This document shows, in pieces, positions 52,851-63,420 of a stretch of 64,000 nucleotides of DNA. Origin of the DNA: Perna viridis (lineage: Eukaryota); assembly GCA_037379345.1 (NCBI GenBank), contig CM074511.1, positions 35,594,862 through 35,658,861 of the forward strand, read 5' to 3'. A model generated the notes under the pieces. The model made no database searches. It was not told where the DNA came from and was given only the letters and a program-made list of their open reading frames with translations. Within the stretch, counting starts at the first letter, position 1, and every line of letters begins with the position of its first letter. Made by a program: the position numbers and the translations under genes.

Positions 52851-55414
52851 AAATAGTCATCTAACAGAACACTGTACAAAATTTTGTTAGATTCCTGAAG
52901 TGATTATTGGAAGAGATTTGGACAATACTATGTCAGAAAACAAGCTCAGCAATACTCACCTCCATAGCCAAATCTTGTCAAAATGCATAGTTTCATAATA
53001 ATACAGCGATTAATAGACAATGTAATGTTGAACAGATAGACTGACTGAAACCTTCATGCATGCATGTTTACATATATGCTCCCCTTAACTTAATATATAG
53101 GGTTGGAGGACTAATTAGTACACCTTCTACAGTGCTTGATCCCATTAGTTAATGACTTAAAACTTTAATTCCTTAAATTCAATACATATTTTAATTTTAT
53201 GTCCAAAAATTGAATGTTAAGCAAAAGCTCAATACAATTAAAGAGTCCATACAACAGATAAAAGGACTATGACCTACAGCATCAGTTTTCTCATAAAAAG
53301 GGTGGAAATTGGTGGAAACGTTTGAAAAAAGACAAATATCAGTAACTGGATTTGAAAAAGCAGAATTCTACTAAAAAGCACATAAAAACAATCATGTCCA
53401 GTTTTATGCTATCTATGGAGATTTGTTGGTGTGGTTCCAACAGTGATACCCAGAAGTCAAAAGCAATGAGGACAGTGACTACTAGTATACAGGTGCATGT
53501 ACATAAAAACTGTATATTTACTAGAAGTAAACCAATGTTCCATGGAACAAGTTTACAAGGTTCAGTACACATCATACTATGTAGCTTGGAACCAATCATA
53601 ATTCCATGGGTTAATGACCCCTTAGTTGAATTACCAATGGGTCAGAGAAAAAAATTGGGTGAAAAAGGAGCACTTTACTATGTAGTTCAATGCAGACAAT
53701 TGATTCAATTCTATGAGTCTATTTTAAGTTTGACAGGGGATTCGATACATACTGACAGCTTCCCTCCAAAATTATCCCTCAATATGTACAGCAAAAATAT
53801 TGTGGTAATGGAAGTGTTAAATTATTACAAAAAGTAACATACATGTACATGTATAAAGGGAGATACAATCCACCTGTACATCACGATCTTTTCAGTTACA
53901 ATCCGGAAATCAATACTAGGTTTTACAATTCTGATCTGATTCCTCCTTTAGATTAACAAGTAGCCAAAAATGGAGTAATGACCCCTAAAAATTGTGTTTC
54001 TCAATCACCAACTGATTTATCTGTTATTTTGAACACTTAAAGATTTGCTTATAGATGTGACAGCGTAATTTTTTCATAATTAATTAAAATGGTAATGAAA
54101 TAATACTAACAAAACAAGTCTGTAAAAATCATGATACAAATCAGATCTTCACCAAAGTACTGTGATATGTATTGGATTGTGGCAGGGTGGAATCATTACA
54201 CCCTAACATGTATCTATTCTTATACAAGAAATAGATGATATCCATGCTCCTTTCAAAGAAACCATTTAGGAAACCCCAAAAGTCATAAAATTATAGGTGG
54301 TGCGAAAATATATTAACTGATGAAGAATATGGAAAAGTCCCATCAAATTCCATACAGCCGTTTCAAAGGAATTCTATATTACAAAATGGACCCCAATAGT
54401 TGACAACTGATGTAGTCAACGTTTTACATTGGGAAACCCTAAAAGTTAACTAAGATGGAAATGCTATATATGAAGTGCACAATGGCAGTATCTGATAAAG
54501 AATATGCATTTTCATCTTATTCCAATAAGCAGTTTCTAAGGAGTCACAGATAGAAACTGGGACATAGACAAACAGAAAGCTATAACAACGGTTTACTGTA
54601 ATTAACTGATACTACATATATATCATGTATCAAAATTTAGGGCATTTAACACTTCCAATTAGCAAATAATCTTACACTCCTTATTGTCCTTATTTATAAT
54701 ATGCATCAAGTATAGAAAGCATGAGGAAGCTTTACTATATAGTTCCTGATATTGAAACCATGTGAATGTGATTAAATTAAAAAAAATGTTAGGTGGAACA
54801 TACATGTACATAAGTGAACAGTGTCTAGCAATGCTCTCTCCATGTACATATTATGTTATGCTGTATAGCCAGTTTCCATCAGCTGTGAATTTCGACACCT
54901 AAGTCTAATTTAACTCAAAATGCAACAGGAGCACAATGTAAAAATGCATGGTGAAAGCCTTTGGAAAACAGAAGAAAGCCGGGGTCAGATGAGAGATGAA
55001 AACTTCATATACATGTAAAAAAGTATGTGTAAACAGAACAGTGCATGTACTGCAGATAAATGAAATATTGACTATGGGTCCATGTCAAATAAAGTTTACA
55101 TCAGGGAAAGATATTTGTATGCTTGCCAGGTAGATTTCTGTTGTCGGAAAGCTTAGTTAGTAAACTGGTAAAGTTTGGAATTACAAGGATATTCATCCAG
55201 GATTTTTTGTTTATATGAAGCATGACAGAATGACAGGACGAATGTAACCCACATACAATTTTCATTATTTGACACTTCCAAAAAAGCATCCATTATCTTC
55301 AACTATCATACGGTTTCATCTCCAAATTCATTTGTGAGGAAGGTTTTTTATATACCTTATTCTTCCATTCTCTAATGACATACAATATCAAAACCAGAAA
55401 AGATGAGTACTTAC

Positions 55415-55476
55415 CACCACCAAGAATGTAGAAACCCCGGTGGTTCTCCTAATGTTATGTTTTTCTCCCATCGTAT
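55415..55476 (-). CDS. SSBP3: SSBP/SSDP coding exon 3 ([21 protein letters not shown])
   Basis: ttttcAG|ATA acceptor, TG|GTAAGT donor, 62 nt; highly conserved LUFS segment. Confidence 0.97.
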
Positions 55477-55892
55477 CTGAAAAATGAAGTGAATTAATTG
55501 TTTTCAATGTCCATTAAATAATAACATTGAATATATCGACCCCATTTGCCAAATTATAAATGTAACAGAAATATTATCAAATCAACAATGATAAAGCATG
55601 ACTGCATGTTTGAAATTGAATATATAATTTAGGATAAATATATAAGCACTTAAAATAAGTACATGGACAAAATCTGATTTGAAGGAACCACTGGAATATA
55701 TGGTTTAATTGGTGCCTGACATTTCAGTATCATTTTTGTAACTATCAGATTAAGAATACTTGAGCATTCTCAATAGATAAACAGATGTGAATTGTGTTGA
55801 AGAAGTGTTGAATTTTTCTTTGTTCTGCAATATTTTTTAAACACTAGTGTTTTTGTATATGCCTACAATTAAATTGAACAACTTTTCAAATC

Positions 55893-56195
55893 AATTGACT
55901 AGGTTAATTTCACGTCTTTTGACAGACATTCCATGCATTTCAGGACATGAAAGTTGGATCAATAGACCCTGCTTAGTACTAGTTCAACAGGCTTAGTTGG
56001 ATTTTTATTGTGCTAGTTCAAAGAAGCAACAGCCTGGCGGTTAGCATGTCACTCCATTGAAATACATTAGAATGACTCTGAGACAACCATCATCACTCTA
56101 TCTCTTTCATGTATATGCTATATATCTGGGAAAGAAGCACTGACTGCCAAGTTTTTTATTTTTAAGTCTTTGACCAGTATGACTGTGGGGATCAA
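55893..56195 (-). mobile_element. Decayed SINE copy C (SSBP intron 2)
   Basis: Collinear similarity with both 51708-51855 and 36704-36995. Confidence 0.6.
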
Positions 56196-56555
56196 TTTAT
56201 CAGAGTACCACCTTTTAATAATAAGGTTTGAAGTTTGCTTTTCTATTTTGTGTTTCTGGAATTTTATTTAGATGTAATTGCATGATGTTGTACATATACA
56301 ATACATGTACACTGCCAAATAATATCAACTTTATTTGTATAACCTTAGAAACAGGCTGATCACAGGGGTTCCTTGAATGATTCTGACCATTTTACAGCAA
56401 ACACAAATGAACTGGATGATTTTAGCCGTATACCTTTCCTCTCATTATACTGAAATACATGCATATTAAAACAATAGAATACAGACGGGGGTGGGGGGGG
56501 GGAGTGTTTTCCATGTGTACCAACTTGACTGCACATAAATTAGTAAAAACTTTAC

Positions 56556-56628
56556 CTCTGACAAAAATGTCTGTGCACTTTTCTGTGCTCCAACATGTAA
56601 CAAATATTCATATACATATAATGCTAAC
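56556..56628 (-). CDS. SSBP3: SSBP/SSDP coding exon 2 (LisH motif, [24 protein letters not shown])
   Basis: tttcAG|G acceptor, GAG|GTAAA donor, 73 nt; peptide visible inside track ORF 56466..56678. Confidence 0.97.
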
Positions 56629-57037
56629 CTGAAAGTAGAAAGATATTTTATTGTGTAGTCTGGTTCATCAGTTTTCATTGATACATGTATTACAAACTGT
56701 CCACAGGAAGTTGTGATATTTTGTTGTTTACATATTGTTTACAATGAAATTCGCGACGATTCATCAGGAAAAATTCTTTCATTGCATGCTTACTCGCTTA
56801 CAACAATGAAATTGAAGACATTTTAGTGTATTTCGTTAAAACATCTGATAGTATTGTTGCAAGTTTAATAACCGGAAGAGCCATAGAATACACAGCGAAT
56901 GGGGCATCCCCCGAGCACAGGTGGAAAACGCTCCACTTCACGAAGTATAAACGAAATTGCCAGAGACTCGGTCAAGCGTTTGCAGAGAAATTCATAGGCA
57001 TGCTTTCAAAAAGAGTAACAAATCCAAAAAGACTTAC

Positions 57038-57093
57038 TTTTCTCTTGCTTGAGCATCCGAAGGAACCGTTGATCCTTTCCCCTTGGCGTACAT
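57038..57093 (-). CDS. SSBP3: SSBP/SSDP coding exon 1 (MYAKGKGSTVPSDAQARE-K)
   Basis: ATG at 57093; 56 nt; ends AA|GTAAGT (phase 2); matches the SSBP N-terminus M[FY]xKGK...VPSDxQAREK. Confidence 0.96.
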
Positions 57094-58337
57094 GCTGGGA
57101 GCTGAACTGTCACGCACCTGTCAAACCATCAAGGACGACACTGACCCCGTCGTTATGGCAACATCAAGTTAGGCTGTCCAAAGACATGTTTTGATTAGTC
57201 AGATATTTTTAGAGCATCGGAGGATCTAGAAACCGATTGACTAAAACTAGTGTGTTACAGCGACAAAGAGTGTTTGGCACAAAGCCAGATAACAAAAGAC
57301 GTATATTTCTCTACGAAAAAAGTTCGATTCAATGAACTGCTGAAATATTATGTTTGTTTATAAAATCGAAAACTTCTAAATAATAAATTTGTCTGAAAAT
57401 AAGTAACCTGGTAAAAAGAAAGGCAGAGTTATGAAGTTAAATGCGTTGAAAAAAATACTTGTGAATATCATCATTTTTAATCAATGAAAATTTGTTTGTT
57501 CATTTAAATTTGTTTTCTTGTCAATTTTAATCACAGTTATTGAAAAAGTCATTTGAACAGTTTAATGAAGCCTTTTTAAGATCGGAATACGCTAATTTAT
57601 TTTTTAACCAATATACATAAACCATGACACAAATGTTAATTTAATTCAACTTTATCAAAAGAACTTCAAAAACAAACATACATGGTATAATACTTAATTT
57701 ATATTTTGTCAAGATCAATATGAAACGGCCCAGTCCAAGTTGAAAACAAATGATTTGTTTTTTTACTATTTAGCGCATTTTTGCGTAAAATGCATCTGCA
57801 GAGGACACAGACTTGCTAGATAATTTTTTTTAATAACTTATATTAATTTTAATTATCTAATTGTTTTTACTATTATTATTATTATCATCTAAGTTTTCTT
57901 CATTAAATATGCTTATTAAGTATCTAAAATTTCTCTTTAAACTCTATGTTGTAAACGTGGTCAATAATGTGTATGCAAAAAATTTTAAATAATAATGTGA
58001 TATAGAGCTGACCTATTTACAAGCAAGTTAACTCAATAGATATGGGGATCTAGAAACTCTTGTTTTGCTACAGAGGTTACACAAAGGAAAATTAAAATAA
58101 AAGGAAGATGATAAATATGAGTTGAAAAATAATGTTTAATATTTTGTTTAAAATCTGTCCTAAACATACAAACAACAAGTTTTGATGCTAAATAGGTGCA
58201 TTTTTAAAAAACCACTGAAGAAAAATTAAATTATTTAACCTATACTTGGGCCTCACAACAAATACACAACATCGATCGACCTGTATTTTGTGTTGTACGC
58301 TTGTGTTTTACTCCTACGTAAATAACAGATTTGCATC
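57094..58337. promoter_or_regulatory. Divergent (bidirectional) promoter and 5'UTR interval shared by SSBP and ATG10
   Basis: 1244 bp between opposite-facing ATGs. CpGs are locally frequent around both first exons (about 56740-57330 and 58270-58570) against a CpG-poor background. X-box-like GTTGCCATAACGAC on the minus strand at 57149-57162, ETS-like ACCGGAAG near 56871, YY1-like ATGGCGGC at the ATG10 start. TSS positions are unknown. Confidence 0.7.
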
Positions 58338-58442
58338 ATGGCGGCAGGTTCAATTTCTGATATTGAATTTACAGATTATGTAGAGAAATTCATTTCTTTA
58401 TCTCAAAAAACACATGATACATGGGAACTGAAAAGATTACCT
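58338..58442 (+). CDS. ATG10: ATG10 exon 1 (MAAGSISDIEFTDYVEKFISLSQKTHDTWELKRLP)
   Basis: catcATGG start context, CCT|GTAAGA donor; F..Y...FI..SQ...D.WE pattern of the ATG10 N-terminus. Confidence 0.9.
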
Positions 58443-60000
58443 GTAAGAAAAATGTGTGTACTTCTCCGTTTTCCTTTTCTGTCTGTTTACTTCAGCAGCC
58501 GTCCGATTTCTACTTCGGTAACTTCCTGTAGAAAAAGTGTGGTTTTCGGGGGACCATCTCACAACGACAAACTGAAGCCTAATATGATGAAAAAGGGGAT
58601 GACTATTTTATGAAAAAAATACAAATGTTTATTGTATAATGACAAAGTGTAATTTTCTAGGCTTTGTCATATTACGGAGTTACTTTGATTTAGGACTTCT
58701 ATGTAACATTGTTGCTTATCCATACACATTGTGAGGATTCATTCTGATATTGTTGTAAAATACTTTTTATTTATTTAAATTTAATATTCATTATGTTAAT
58801 GTTATAATTAAGTATAGAAACTGTTGAATCCAGAGTTGGGCTGGGGAATTAGGGTTAGGATGTTCAAAAACAGCTTGCCACAAAACCTTTACGAAATTTT
58901 GCTGGAGTAAGGTGGGGTAAAAATTACCCAATGGTAAAAAATACTCCTAAAGGTCAGATATCACCATCCACAATTAACTTATATAGAATTTGGATAGTGT
59001 ACTTGTATTTATCATCAAACCAAGATATAAAAATACTTTTGATTTGATTCCTTATACTTAATTATGACATTTTTTTTGTATTGTTAAGCTGATCTGGTAA
59101 AAGTCACATAAATTCAGATTAAAGCATAAAACTAATTTCATTTTTGTGACATATAATGACCAGAAAACCAAATGGCCTACAATTAATGGTTTTCAAAATA
59201 CAAATAATTTTACTCCTTGATTTAGAAAACATTGAAATCATTTTAAAAGGTGTGATAAAAAAAATTTTCCAAGAAACTTTTGAAATAGATCAATTCTGAC
59301 ACAAAGCTCTTCTTAATTTTTGCAGTAATGTGAGCTTTTACTTAACAAAAAAAAAGGAGCACACATCAAAAGCCATGAAATTGATGTAGGCAAACTATAA
59401 GATAAATTACAGTTGCACAATAAGTAACATACTTATTTTTATTCTTAATAGGTTCACATTGTCACACTCAAACATAATTATTTGAGCTTTTGACCTTCTG
59501 AACTAACACAAAAAATTAAGCAAACTATTTGTTTGCCATATCATTCCATCGTTCTCCTCATCTAAATGGTTATTTACTTTTTCATTTACAAAAGAAGATT
59601 TCATTATATAAACAATTTATTAAAATCTTTAAAAGAGAACCTAAAAATGATGAAAATAATTTTTTTGTTATCTCTCAATGTTTTGATCCAATACCTTTTT
59701 TTATTTTGCTTGGAAGAAGAAAAAAGATGAATGCAAGTACATATATATTTACTTTTATTTTAATTTGTCTAATAAGCAAGAAATAATTTTGAATGACCTA
59801 AGTGAACTGTGTGACTTGAAATACACAGAAAAAAATAGCTGAATATATTTTCAGGTTTCAATACTGTGAAAAGACATTAAAATGAAGTAAAGTCTAATGA
59901 TAATCTTCACTTTAATAGTACCTTTTAATTTTAAGAGTCATGTTTATGAAAAGATTCAATCTGATAGCATTTGTTCCAAAATATATATTATATTTTATAG

Positions 60001-60066
60001 AACATGCCTTGTTACATTATGAAGAGGGAAGTAAAGTGTGAAGATAAAGAGATAAATGAAAGCGAG
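60001..60066 (+). CDS. ATG10: ATG10 exon 2 (NMPCYIMKREVKCEDKEINESE)
   Basis: tattttatAG|AAC acceptor, GAG|GTAAAA donor, phase 0-0, open frame. Poorly conserved region, so the support is mainly splice signals and position. Confidence 0.78.
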
Positions 60067-60494
60067 GTAAAAAAATTATTTAAAGGGAGATAAATGTAAA
60101 CGGTATGCCTTCATTTTACTTTGTAAAAACATGGTTATCTCCCATTAATAGTGAAGACTTTTTGAAGCACAGTGCACTGTATATCCACAATAAAATACTT
60201 GTAATGCAAAAGTAAGTTTAACAAGAAAATCAATTATGCTTTAAGAAGAGATAAACATAAATGATTTAAAAATAAAATAAATAATCTCACTAGGTTTAGG
60301 TAAATTAGCTCAAAAGTTCCAAGTGTTCAATAAAAAGTGATTAGCTAAAATTAGTGAATTTTTTTTTTCAATGCATATAGTTTATGGGCAGTTTTATCTA
60401 ACTGCTTCATATAATGATCTGCCATCTGAAGTTCCTAAATATCCCATTTCAGTGGAAACTTGCACATTTATTTTGGTCTTGTATGTGATTACAG

Positions 60495-60636
60495 GGTGAT
60501 GGTATATTAGAAGATGAGTCTGAAGAGGATTGTGTTGTTGACCAGAAACCATCAGAATGCTTGTCCTATGAATACCATGTTATATACAGCCATAGTTATA
60601 GTGTTCCTGTTCTCTATTTTAACATTTATCACCGGA
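60495..60636 (+). CDS. ATG10: ATG10 exon 3 (GDGILEDESEEDCVVDQKPSECLSYEYHVIYSHSYSVPVLYFNIYHR)
   Basis: gattacAG|GGT acceptor, GGA|GTAAGG donor, 142 nt; YEYHVxYSxSYxVPVLYF is the ATG3/ATG10 signature. Confidence 0.94.
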
Positions 60637-61184
60637 GTAAGGTTTCAGAAATTTGTTCTTAAAAAAAATTCAAGAATTTTATTGGAAAGCTCAAAGGTGC
60701 AAAAGATTTTCTTTGCCACAGGTCTGGCTGGAAAAATAAATTTTTGAATCAGCTTCAAATGATTTCAAAGAAAATTTTCTTTTAGTGCTAGATAAGAAGG
60801 TAATTGTAAATTATGAATTTATTTCATAAGGGGAGATAACTTTTTAGTTAAAAAGTTCATTTTTTTTCTTGAAAATGTTTCATTTATTTGTTATACTAGC
60901 AATAATCAAAATGTAGGATTTTCCCTTGGTGTAGCAAACAAAGAGTTCCACATTTGGTCTAGAATGAGAAAATCACTTAAATATAAAAGCACAGTATCAT
61001 TTCTGATTGTACTGTTGTTATAATCATTTTTGATTAATGTATAAATTGTCTATTACAGGTTCAAAAATATTTATATTCTATTAGATTTCATCAAGTTCAC
61101 TGATGTTGGTATTTTCATGTGATATCAGAAAATGCAAATTGAAAGGTATTTTTTATATTTCTATGCTCAATTTATCATTTATAG

Positions 61185-61282
61185 ATGGGAAGTTACTCAG
61201 CCTTGAAGAGGTGTGGATGAGAGTTCCTACCTACTATAAAGATAGGCAACATGATGAAAGATGGAGCTTTCTCACCCAACAG
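61185..61282 (+). CDS. ATG10: ATG10 exon 4 (N-GKLLSLEEVWMRVPTYYKDRQHDERWSFLTQQ)
   Basis: catttatAG|AT acceptor, CAG|GTAGAA donor, 98 nt. Confidence 0.95.
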
Positions 61283-61877
61283 GTAGAATTTTCTGTTCAT
61301 TATAATTTTCAATTTGACAATAGAAACTGCTCACAAATCTTTATGAAGGAAAATTGGTTCTTGCTTTTTACAGTTTTTGACAGAGTTATCTGTCCTTGAA
61401 ATGTTTATTTTCAATGCATTTCAATGAAATTATAACTTTTCCTTGATTCTGATTGTGCAAATAGTCAAATTGAACTTTCACTATGTTGTTTTTTTTTTTG
61501 TCATACCATTTTCACCCACTGTCTGATTCTTACAAAGACTGACACTTAATTATCTATCAAACCAGGGTTTGAAATATGGAAGATGCCATTATTCAAAAAC
61601 TTGATAAAAGTGGAACCTGAATATAGCTTCAATATATGATAGCCCTTTAAGTAAGTTTTCTTAATCCTACTGCTTCAAATGCTGTGAACTAATTAAACAA
61701 CTGTAAACAACAAAATGATGTCAATCATTTTGAGTTAGTTGTGGATTTTCACCAAGTTAATACCATTATCAGCCCTCTGCTTGGGGTTGAGTGTGTATCT
61801 CAAATGCAGGCAACACATAATTTTTTAACTGGATATATGATAAATGACTATTTTTAAATCATTACTTTAATTTTAAG

Positions 61878-61975
61878 GAACATCCATTACTTGGGAGACC
61901 ATTCTTCACATTGCATCCTTGTCATACCACAGATCTAATGAAACAAGTCATCTCAATAGAAAGCAAGGTACCAAG
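61878..61975 (+). CDS. ATG10: ATG10 exon 5 (EHPLLGRPFFTLHPCHTTDLMKQVISIESKVP), contains the catalytic cysteine
   Basis: ttttaAG|GAA acceptor, AAG|GTATGG donor (phase 2), 98 nt; HPC active-site motif. Confidence 0.96.
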
Positions 61976-62206
61976 GTATGGTGTATTAATGAAAGGCAGT
62001 ACTAGAACTGTATTATTTCACTTACAAATCAGAATTCTATCATTGAGTGGTTCAAAAACAGGAGTTCTTCTCAATGCAGTCTTAAAAAAAGACACCAAAT
62101 TGTACAATGTAGCTGTTAATAATTTTACAAATTTCACTTTCAGTTCTAACTCTGGTTCACAATAATATGACATAAACTTGAGCGGAAATCAAGTAGAATC
62201 CACATG

Positions 62207-62390
62207 ATAATAGGATAATTAATTGGAATAGAGTGAGAAACAAGAATATGATCACGAGTGCCAAAGAAAGCCTTGATTTAACAAGTGTGCAGAACTTGTT
62301 CTGTGCACAAGTTAGATCTTAATGCCTTCTTTGCACGAGTGGTTATACATTGATTATTCATGATAACCAATTGATTATCATTTTTATTAT
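62207..62390. mobile_element. Fold-back MITE-like element, copy 2 (ATG10 intron 5)
   Basis: Aligns end to end with the reverse complement of 49003-49185 (e.g. GAACTTGTTCTGTGCAC centre, GATAACCAATTGATTATC end). Confidence 0.85.
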
Positions 62391-62703
62391 ATAAATTTTC
62401 TCCCTTATATGTTGCTATTTTCAACATAAAATTCAAATTTTGTAAACTGAGGATTGATATACTGGTACATGTTGTGATGTTTTTTGACGTTTTGGCAAAA
62501 GAAAGTGTGAGAGTGAAAATACCGAATTTATTCCACAGTGTGAATTATCAAAAATTTTTACACTAGAAATATTTGGGAAATCACTGCTATTTATATAATA
62601 AAAATGTATAATTTCCTTGTACATATTTTTTGAAATACAAACAAACATCAGAAATTGCAACAAGAAATAATTTTTCAGAAGTATAATCTTCACTTTTTTT
62701 TAG

Positions 62704-62803
62704 CAATTACATAGTGAGCTGGCTGTCTGCAGTAGGTCCAGTTACTGGATTACAGTTGTCACCTATGTATGGAAAGGTCGATGAAAATGAGGACAACACA
62801 TGA
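62704..62803 (+). CDS. ATG10: ATG10 exon 6, terminal (S-NYIVSWLSAVGPVTGLQLSPMYGKVDENEDNT*)
   Basis: ttttttttAG|C acceptor, TGA at 62801-62803; NYIxSWLSxVGPVxGL is the conserved ATG10 C-terminal motif. Confidence 0.95.
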
Positions 62804-63127
62804 GTAGTTAACACAAGCTTTTAATCAACCAGGTGTATCTCCATACACATATAGGGATGAAAAGTTCTGTTGCAGCTCCCTGTACTTTTCAACCCTTTGA
62901 GTGTACCAAAATGCTAAATACAATGAACTCTATACAATCTGGTCCTTAATTGGTCTGAGGGTTTTGTCAAGTACTAACAGTTGTCCACCTTGCAGTATAT
63001 ATTTAGAAATTGATATGAATTGAGAGAATTTGAACACCCTGAAGACTTTTTCTCTGGCTTCAGTACTTACATGTATCTTTGATTGTGAATACATATCCTT
63101 AAGGAATAAGTATGTTCACATATTATA

Positions 63128-63420
63128 TAGGGAAACTACTTTTTGATTCGTAGAGGGGTGAGCCTAACAGTTCTTGGAAATTAATATTCTGGTCTTGAAA
63201 AAGTAGAAAATAAATATTCCGGCCTACACATGTATGATAGAAAATAAATAGATATTTTGTCTTCAGTCCAGATACTTAATATAGTGAAATGGAAATGAAT
63301 GATTTTGCCTTTATGTGGTTGATAATAAATTCTCTGACCAACAAAATTTCAAAAATAAAAAATTTGACCCCACAAAATTTGTCAGCCCCACTCCCCTCAA
63401 AATTAGATGGTAGTTCCCTA
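63128..63420. mobile_element. MITE with TAGGGA termini, downstream of the ATG10 stop codon
   Basis: Left TAGGGAAACTAC...AGAGGGG versus reverse complement of the right end TAGGGAACTACC...TGAGGGG; A-rich interior with repeated AAAATAAAT. Confidence 0.68.

Larger units (their letters stand above)
9111..57093 (-). other. SSBP3: SSDP/SSBP2-3-4 family gene (single-stranded DNA-binding protein, LDB1/Chip cofactor), 5' portion with 9 coding exons; 3' exons not found in the window
   Basis: Spliced translation: [198 protein letters not shown](G). The N-terminal ~92 aa are nearly identical to the LUFS domain of vertebrate SSBP2/3/4 and fly Ssdp. Exon lengths 56+73+62+85+42+87+63+75+52 nt, all GT-AG with consistent phases. 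The symbol denotes the family; this is probably the single invertebrate co-ortholog. Confidence 0.96.
58338..62803 (+). other. ATG10: ATG10 gene (ubiquitin-like-conjugating enzyme for ATG12-ATG5 conjugation), complete, 6 coding exons, 202 aa
   Basis: Exons of 105+66+142+98+98+100 nt = 609 nt give one open frame from ATG to TGA. Diagnostic motifs: YEYHVIYSHSYSVPVLYF, GKLLSLEEVW, TQQEHPLLGRPFFTLHPC (catalytic Cys codon 61920-61922), NYIVSWLSAVGPVTGL. Confidence 0.96.

Noticed and set aside
52611-52864. Two overlapping hydrophobic ORFs (67 and 62 aa)
   Set aside because: They lie in the T-rich non-coding 3' part of the retroelement remnant; the hydrophobicity reflects base composition.
53352-53837. 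Longest track ORF (161 aa, plus strand)
   Set aside because: TTG start, no recognisable domain, AT-rich intronic composition, antisense within SSBP intron 3; consistent with chance.
1-57000. Intronic snoRNAs, tRNAs or miRNAs
   Set aside because: Scattered TGATGA and CTGA words lack convincing terminal stems or guide sequences, and no cloverleaf was seen. An Infernal or tRNAscan-SE run would be needed to exclude them.
56826-57194. 122-aa plus-strand ORF
   Set aside because: It is the antisense shadow of the GC-richer SSBP exon 1 and promoter, has a GTG start and shows no recognisable homology.
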